Positions 33,912 to 41,172 of a stretch of DNA of 41,172 nucleotides are shown here, piece by piece. Numbering within the stretch: the stretch's first letter is position 1; each line of letters opens with the position of its first letter. The stretch covers positions 1 to 41,172 of the forward strand of contig BAAIJX010000102.1 of the NCBI GenBank assembly GCA_054600435.1, in the 5' to 3' direction. The position numbers were made by a program, and so were the translations under genes. The DNA comes from Neophaeotheca triangularis (Eukaryota). Under the pieces are notes generated by a model. It made no database searches. It was not told the origin of the DNA and saw only the letters and a list, made by a program, of their open reading frames with translations.

Positions 33912-35879
33912 ATGGCAACTGTCGGCATGGCCAATTGGACTTCACGGAAGCTGAAACAGTATCATCAGTTCAAAAATCGGGAAGACTCCTTCCTCTCCAA
34001 GACCGTGGTCTCCCGCATGAAGATTATTGGATTACTTGCAAAATGGCTTCTCATTCTCTTGCTTGGCCTGTTGGTGGCATGGCTGCTCTCAAGATACGTT
34101 GCCGTACCTTTCTTGGTGTTCCTCAACCCTAGCCTGGACTCGCTTTTCTACGATCTGGCCATATACGGCCGCTATCCTGAGCAGACGTATATCTCCTTCC
34201 CGCTTTCCTCTCCACGCTCAAGCGTAGTCAAGTGGGATGAAAGTTGTAACGACGGACTGGTTCTGCTCGATCTCCATGGCGATTATGTGAAGAATGAAGG
34301 CCCGATGATCATGGATCCGAAGGGCGAGCTTGTCTGGCTTACGGATGCGTATGGTCTGGCAACTAACTTGCAGGTTCAGAGATACAAGGGCGAGGGATTT
34401 CTCACCTTTTGGGCTGGCGAGAAGAGCTCCTCCACTTTTGGCGGGGGCAAGTATTACATGGTAAGCCGTTGCAGAGACTCTGCCTGACTTGACATTACTG
34501 ACGCATTGCAGCTCAACTCGACATATCATCTGGTCCACAAAGTTGAGGCGGTTGGCAACTGGTACAAGGGAGACTTGCACGAGTTTACCATTACCGAAAA
34601 CGACACCGCACTAATGACCATTTACGATCCGAAAAAGCTCGACCTTAAGGATACGCCAATGGATTGGGTCAAGGATGGACTTATCGTCGATGGCTTGATT
34701 CAGGAAGTCGACATTGCCACTGGCGAGCTTCTCTTCGAATGGCGCGCATCCGACCATCTCGCTGAGATCAGCGACATATCTTATGGTGGTTACGTCGAGG
34801 GCACAACTACTGGCGTCGACTATTTCCACCTCAACAGCGTGGATAAGGACTCGGACGGCAACTATCTAGTATCTGCAAGGTTTGTCCATACAATTTTGTT
34901 GATTGACGCCGAGACTGGAAACGTCACGTGGAGCCTCGGAGGCGATGCGACAGATTTCGAGGATCTCTCAGACGGCGCAGCAAGCGACTTCATGTGGCAA
35001 CACGACGTTCGGTGGGTGTCAGAAGCCGACGGCATCATGAGTCTCTTCGACAATGGCGTGGCCTATGGCGAGCACTGGACGGACAGCCCTTATAGCACTG
35101 GCCGTGTTATCAAGGTCGACGTCGAAGCACGTACGGTTGAACTCTTGCACAGCTATCGATCGCTTGGCAGCATCCGCGCAAAGTCGCAGGGCTCTATGCA
35201 AGTGCTGCCTGCTCCAGAGCAAGAGGAAAGAGACGGCAGTTTGGACCGCGTCTTCATCGGCTGGGGCTCCTCTGCAGCTTTCACCGAGTATACCATCGAC
35301 GGCAACCTTTTGTGCGAAACGCACTTCAGCGCCTCGCTTTTCTACAAACAAGAGCCTGCAATGTCTTACCGGGCGATTAAATTTTCAGAGTGGCATGGCA
35401 GGCCATACTGGCCGCCGGCTGCAACAATCCTGGGTGACGAGGTGTTCGTCTCTTGGAACGGCGCGACAGACGTCATCTCCTGGACTTTACAGGGCACACG
35501 TGCTCAGGACGCTGAAACCACAGCGGACGAGCATTTCGAAGATCTTACAACCGTTGACAAACGAGGTTTTGAAACGCGTTTCCAATTGCCGAAGAACCAC
35601 GGCATCTATAACGGCCTGCGCATCGCCGCCGTGGAAGAAGACGGTACGATTGTTCGTCACTCCACCCTCATCACCACGGTTCCAGCTGCACGAAGGAAGT
35701 TCCTCGCCTGGGTTGCTGCCATCCTCTTGATCGCGCTCGCTGGCCTTGCCGGCGTGTACCGTGACCAGCTGCGAGGCCTAGCTGTCCACCTATTCTGCAG
35801 AAGGAAGGATTGGAAAGACGAAACCGAATACCACCACTTGGCCGCCGAGGAGGACATTCCCTTGCATGAACCGCGGTGA
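33912..35879 (+). CDS. Arylsulfotransferase (ASST)-family membrane-anchored protein, about 638 aa; exons 33912-34460 and 34512-35879 (start may be a downstream ATG, e.g. 34017)
   Basis: Motifs GDLHEF, FEWRASDH, DYFHLNSV, WQHDVR, LFDN, SQGSMQ and FIGWGS. Hydrophobic segments at both termini. Intron 34461-34511 (GTAAGC...ACTGAC...CAG). Confidence 0.88.
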
Positions 35880-37025
35880 TGCGGTGAGACCTGAGTGGAA
35901 TTGTAAGTTGTTCTCAAAGATACCCTACCTGCGTCTTGCGGGTGATCGTGACATGGGGGTGGTTGCGATGTCATCGGTGGCTTTCTCCTTGGTAACGTTG
36001 AGTTTTGTTTCTTGCGAGGCGCTGAATCTGGATATTGCCTGCTTCTCAAATTGTACATGAAGCGCGAGCCCAGCTTTTGTCGCGACTGGGACCGGTGTCG
36101 ATAGTATACAGGCGTCTGCCAAATCAAAGCTTTTAATGCTTGAGACGTGGTTTGCCGAGTTTGCAACATTTGATGCAACAGATCCATTTCTTGGTCTCTC
36201 GGCCGATGCAATGGCAAGGCGTTCTGTTCGAGGTGTTACTGTCGTACAGGATGACACAGCTTTAGTGAAGCCTTCTAATTGACTGACGGCGCCGGCATCA
36301 TCTTGCTTGTTATATGTGAACTCAATCACAAAGTCCCGTTCTGTATAAAGACGTCTTACCGAACCTCAACCTCAACCCTAACTCGGAGGGTCGTCGGCGG
36401 TCGCTTGTTACCTTAATTTAGGGCACAGTGGAGTTCCAGCGGGAAAGGACTCGATTGGCTAAACCCCGCTCAACCCCTGATCCTGCGACAACACCTCTTC
36501 GAGGCTCGAGCGCTTCTGTTAATCTCGCCCGAGCGGCGCCAGTGAACACCCTTAGATGCTTAATGAAGGGTTCAGCAATCACGGTTCACGACACTATCGT
36601 TGCTGGCGGAGCCTCCTCATCAGGTCCGGCAGGATATCCAGCTCTGCCCTCACGATGTTGGTTGCTGATGTGCAGGCGCAATCATTCCGCAGTGGTGAAA
36701 CCATTGTCGCGCGCCATGAGACATCCGGTCAACCCCTTTCGACCGCTAGAACGACACCGACGGGCAACTCGCTAAAGGTAACGTTTTGGTAAGAAGAGCG
36801 TGTCTGACAATTCTTTCAATGTCTCTCATTCGTCGAGCAAATCAAAAAGACGAGAGGCACGTGCCTTTATGCCAGGGGCTATCGCGCATTGTCCATCCTC
36901 ATTTAAGAAGCGCAATGTCTAGAGACCACCCATAGCCCACCGCCTCACCGCTATCTGCCTCGACCTTGAAGTGCTTCGAGCCTGCAAGACATCTCGCTCC
37001 ACCCTCCATACTTTGACAGTTGTTG

Positions 37026-37056
37026 GTCCCTGGCAGTCCCTGGCAGTCCCTGGCAG
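37026..37056 (+). repeat. 10-bp tandem repeat (GTCCCTGGCA)x3
   Basis: Three perfect copies about 400 bp upstream of the LIM gene. Confidence 0.9.
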
Positions 37057-37445
37057 CTCGTGTTTGGCTGTAGTCTTGCTACGCATTCTCTGAGACTCCT
37101 CAAGGGTGCGGCCTGCTAGTAACCTGGCTCATCTACTGTTTCAACGGTCGTGCCCACCACGATCGATCTCTTCGACGGCAGTGGTAGAAGGTCTTTGAAC
37201 CTTGTCTATTCTTATTGGACCTCCTTGCCATCTACCCGCCGACAGCGATTCGCAAGACTTGCGCGTACAATCTGCGCGAGGGGAACAATAACATTGTCAT
37301 AAACTAAGACATCAGAACTACATTCCTCGACTTGCTTTTCCCGCCATTCTGCACGCGAGGAGAATGACTGAACGGCCACACGACTGAGCAGTAACTAGGA
37401 GCTTTCTAGACCATATACGAGAAGAGTGCATGGGCTCCGCTTGCC

Positions 37446-40031
37446 ATGTCATTAGCGACAACTATGCAAGACCAAGGCGCGCGGCCTGTAAGCTTTCTCC
37501 CCTCGATCAAATGCTCGACCTGCGCGCAGGAGATCGAAATAGCCCGTATGGGCGACCACATTTGTGGAGCTCCGCCAACACCCGTCGAACCATCCCCTCC
37601 AAAACGACGAGAGCCGGTACAACTAGCTCCGCCGCCAGCTTCTGAGCCTTCCCCAAAGATCGATCAGGTTTTCAACGCCAGCGCGGCATTCCTACCCCCT
37701 ACTGCGCAACCGCTCTACCGACCACAGCCTCCTCCGTCTCCTGCGCAGGGCCCTCGGCAGACACGGAGTAGAGCCCCAACGGTTAGCTCGCAAACAGGCA
37801 CATCGAGAAAATCCTCCCCAAAATCAACACGAGCTGTGCCTCCAAACATCAACCCTGAGGTTGCGAACAAGCCATTCCTAGCGCCAACACAGTCCCCAAA
37901 GCGGACAGATTCCCCATTCTCACCTCCCTTTAGCGCAACCTCGAGTGATGGCGGCAAGCCGGCTCTGCTGCGAACGCAGACAAGCCCTTTGGAGAATGGG
38001 TCGGATCGACCGCCAAGCCATCAGCTTTCTAAGAACCTTGAGAGCCCTTTCCCACGTCTCGAACCACCGGGAAGAGAAACTCGTCCTTCCAATAGCAAAG
38101 AGCAAGGCATGGGGATTGGCCATGGCAGAGCAGCATCACGTGGAGGGGCTCGGCAGGAGGGCAGGCTAAAGGCTGATGATGGGAAATACGATTTGGCGCC
38201 CAGGAGCCCGTCAGGCACGAGTGGACATAACGTAATGCAGAGGATGAACACGCTGAGGGAAGGGCCTTTTCAAGGCGGGAGAAGGAAGCCCAGCAGAGAT
38301 GAAAGGCCGCCTATGCCACCTCCTGCGATGCGGCAAGCCAGCGACGACGCGACCGCTGTTTCGGTGGGAACAGGACAGCCCCAGAGCAGCACTGCGTCAA
38401 ATAACGCAGCCACGAGTGTTAAACAAGCGCCGTCCAGGCCCGCAAGGCCTGCAGAAGACGTCCTGTCGCCGTCGTTCCTTAGCAATCTCAATGCCGAGCC
38501 TGTGCAACTCCTGCCTTCTACCTCCTACTCATCTGCGGCCCCAATACGGCCACATCACGATCATTTGAAGCGAGATGGTGAGGAAGTGCGTAACGATCCA
38601 CGACAGTTGGACGCTCCACTGGTGCCAAAACCCGTCCAGCAGTACCGCGAGGAAAGTCGGCACAGTCCTTCCGCGTCCGGATCTTCGACGGTGTCGTCCT
38701 CCGGTCTTTCAGTCAGCAATAGCAACAGCACTAGCGGCCCCAGCCCGATTTCAAGCGCAGCGAGCAGTGTCGACGCCTTGACGCCGATACAACAGGACCC
38801 TTCTCTGTGCAGACAAGACGATAAGATGCGTGTTCAGGGCTTGAATGTCAGGAATCCGATAAAGCCGGGCCAGCGAGCAGAAGCTGGGCAAGGTCAGCAA
38901 AGATCACCACCGCGGAACTTTACCAGGCCTCCACCGCCCCGGGCGGCAACAGACGAGCCCAAACCTTCCGGTACTGCACATTCAGATGCCGCGGGCCCAG
39001 CAAGAAGCGCCACATCGGCCGGAAGGAAGCCAGGAAGAGGCCCGCAGTGGGCGCCGCGGCAAGGTGATCCCCGTGGGCCACCACCCCGATCGAACACGGC
39101 ACCCTCGGATAACACCCGAACTCCCTCGCCAATGCAAGCTTCACCGCCCCACCAACAGGCCAACCAATTATACCAATCCCCCGAACAGCAGCCAGCTGAA
39201 TCGGGCCTACAACTACTCCCAAACCAAACCTACGCTCCCCAACAGCAACAGCAACGCTACAACTCCAGCACACACTCACAAGGACCACCCACAGCGTCCC
39301 AAAACTATCATCCGTCACCTTCCGGGCCCCCGCCGCGTTCCCGCTCCCCACTGCCACCCCATACCACCGCCTCCCCACCCCCAATCCACTCCTCGTCAAC
39401 GCAACCCCCTCACCCCCTCAACGGGTCCCGCCGCCCGCACACCCCGGCAACCCGCCCCATCTGCCGCGGCTGCAAGCACACCATCGAAGGCAAATCCATC
39501 AAAGCCGCCGACGGGCGCCTAACCGGCCGCTGGCACAAAGCCTGCTTCGTCTGCCGCACCTGCGCCTCGCCCTTCAGCACAACCTCCTTCTACGTGCACC
39601 ACGACCAGCCCTACTGCGAGCAACACTACCACGAAATCAACGGCAGCTTGTGCAACGGCTGCGCGCGGGGCATCGAGGGCGAGTACCTCGAAACTAGCAG
39701 CAGCAGTTCTAGTCTCGGTGGGCCTGGAGGCGGCGAGGGCGAGAAGAAATTCCATCCTAGGTGTTTTGTTTGCTCCGATCCGGGGTGTAGGGAGGTTTTG
39801 AGGGAGGAATATTTTGAAATCACTGGAAGGGTTTTTTGTGAACGGCATGCGCTGGCTGCTATGAGGGGGATGGTCAGGACTGGTGGGGGTAGGGGTGGAA
39901 GAGGGCTGCAGCCTAGTGGGAATGGTGGGGTTGAAGTCGAATCTGGAGATGGTGGAGGCTTGGACGCACAGGGGCCGGGGCACAAGGAATTGATGGCCGG
40001 GCGGCGGACTACGAGGTTGATGGTGATGTGA
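37446..40031 (+). CDS. Paxillin-like LIM-domain protein, 861 aa, single exon
   Basis: Long P/S/Q-rich disordered region followed by two C-terminal LIM domains (CRGC...WHKACFVCRTC...YCEQHY and CNGC...FHPRCFVCSDPGC...FCERH). Confidence 0.9.
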   Translation: MSLATTMQDQGARPVSFLPSIKCSTCAQEIEIARMGDHICGAPPTPVEPSPPKRREPVQLAPPPASEPSPKIDQVFNASAAFLPPTAQPLYRPQPPPSPAQGPRQTRSRAPTVSSQTGTSRKSSPKSTRAVPPNINPEVANKPFLAPTQSPKRTDSPFSPPFSATSSDGGKPALLRTQTSPLENGSDRPPSHQLSKNLESPFPRLEPPGRETRPSNSKEQGMGIGHGRAASRGGARQEGRLKADDGKYDLAPRSPSGTSGHNVMQRMNTLREGPFQGGRRKPSRDERPPMPPPAMRQASDDATAVSVGTGQPQSSTASNNAATSVKQAPSRPARPAEDVLSPSFLSNLNAEPVQLLPSTSYSSAAPIRPHHDHLKRDGEEVRNDPRQLDAPLVPKPVQQYREESRHSPSASGSSTVSSSGLSVSNSNSTSGPSPISSAASSVDALTPIQQDPSLCRQDDKMRVQGLNVRNPIKPGQRAEAGQGQQRSPPRNFTRPPPPRAATDEPKPSGTAHSDAAGPARSATSAGRKPGRGPQWAPRQGDPRGPPPRSNTAPSDNTRTPSPMQASPPHQQANQLYQSPEQQPAESGLQLLPNQTYAPQQQQQRYNSSTHSQGPPTASQNYHPSPSGPPPRSRSPLPPHTTASPPPIHSSSTQPPHPLNGSRRPHTPATRPICRGCKHTIEGKSIKAADGRLTGRWHKACFVCRTCASPFSTTSFYVHHDQPYCEQHYHEINGSLCNGCARGIEGEYLETSSSSSSLGGPGGGEGEKKFHPRCFVCSDPGCREVLREEYFEITGRVFCERHALAAMRGMVRTGGGRGGRGLQPSGNGGVEVESGDGGGLDAQGPGHKELMAGRRTTRLMVM

Positions 40032-41068
40032 GGCGGCTTGACGATCGATTACTGGTCTACGCCTCGCCGGTTGCGAGCTCGCTAAACAGCGGATCCAGCA
40101 ACTCCAATGCTACTTTCACGCTTTCCGACAACGCCCGGGATGCGTCTGCTTCGCGAGCTCTGGCTGTTCCAGCCCTCTTTCGCTGTCATCATGGCCCTGC
40201 AGCGGCTTTTGGAGCGATTTAACAGACGCTTCGCGAGCTCACGACAGTTCAAACGAGGCCTCCAAGACCCTGGATGCTACAAGCTGCCCCATGGCCAACA
40301 GGTAGCGACATCAACCTTTGCGGACCCAGCCAAGTCTGCGAGACCCTCGCGACAGCGCCGATGTCTCGAAAAGTGCAGGAATAGGCACGTTATGCGCGGG
40401 GAGCGGCGGACGACGATTTTTTTAGAGTGCGAGGTTAGACTTTCGCTCACCATGAGATTTAGAACTTAGACCCAGCGCGGACACGGGTAGACGGTAGATG
40501 TAGAAAATTCGTTCGAGAGTACTTATAATGTATACTTCTTCTCACGCTGCGATGGTTCTACTTGTTCTAGATCCCGTTTGCGAGAAGAATAGCCACTGCT
40601 ATGTAGTAGTTAACAATGGATCGGAGCCATTGAGTCCGCCATGCACGAACAGACTGGACCCAGAAGCAAAGACGTCGACGCTCTCCAGCAGCGCTGCCTG
40701 CAAACGTGAATCAAGCGCTTCCGCCGACCTCCTCCGCAGCCCCCCGCCGGGCCCCAATCCACTGCAAACCCCGGCATCTTCAGGCTTCAACAAGCCGGCA
40801 TGCCGCTACTCCCTCCCCAATCGCCCCAGCAACAAAAACCGCACCCTCGACACAGACGAGGAAAACGACGACCGGCCGACTCCGCGGGCGAGCGCGACGC
40901 AAACAACGGACCTTTCCCGCCAAAGCCGCGGCGGGGTTGGGCGTGTCACAGCGGCTTGGGGACGTCGCACAGCGGGCTCTGTAACCGGGGGTTTTTATTT
41001 TCACGGTCGAGATGTGCGCGTCGGTTGCTGTAGGGGGGCTTCTGGGCTCGGGGTTACTCGGTTGGGTC

Positions 41069-41172
41069 GGGGGGGGGGGGGGGGGGGGGGGGGGGGTATT
41101 ATTCAAACGGCTGCAGGGTTGGGCATTGGGGGGGAGGGGGTAGATTGGGGGTTTTTTTTTTTTTTTTTTTTT
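41069..41172. repeat. Poly-G/poly-T low-complexity contig end
   Basis: About 28 consecutive G, further G-rich runs and a terminal T run. Confidence 0.85.

Noticed and set aside
1..41172. Secondary-metabolite backbone gene, transposon, tRNA/rRNA or CRISPR
   Set aside because: No KS/A/C domain, transposase or RT motif, terminal repeat, tRNA arm or spaced-repeat array was recognised by eye; small ncRNAs could be missed.

Overview
This is eukaryotic DNA from a filamentous ascomycete (Pezizomycotina-type gene families; short 51-73 bp GT...AG introns, most with a CTRAC-like branch site), probably a whole contig with low-complexity ends. I reconstructed 13 protein-coding genes, splicing multi-exon models by hand and checking them for frame. 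In order: a Bug1/GM130-like golgin, a small secreted protein, an NmrA-like protein, a cytochrome P450, an FAD-dependent monooxygenase, a Zn2Cys6 transcription factor, a SUN/GH132 glucanase, ARP2, a GH1 glycosidase, a sugar porter, a GH95 alpha-L-fucosidase, an arylsulfotransferase-family protein and a LIM protein. There is also a small membrane-protein ORF interrupted by one in-frame TAG. Two candidate functional clusters stand out. (1) 25.8-33.2 kb: GH1 + lactose/cellodextrin-permease-like transporter + divergently transcribed GH95, both enzymes lacking signal peptides. This looks like a fungal import-then-digest locus for fucosyl-galactosyl oligosaccharides, with repeated CGG-N-TAA motifs upstream of GH1. 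(2) 6.6-17.8 kb: NmrA + P450 with a non-canonical I-helix + divergent FAD monooxygenase + Zn2Cys6 factor, with no PKS/NRPS/terpene backbone gene, suggesting an oxidative detoxification or catabolic cluster. I recognised no rRNA, tRNA, CRISPR or intact transposon. Family calls come from motif recognition, not database searches.
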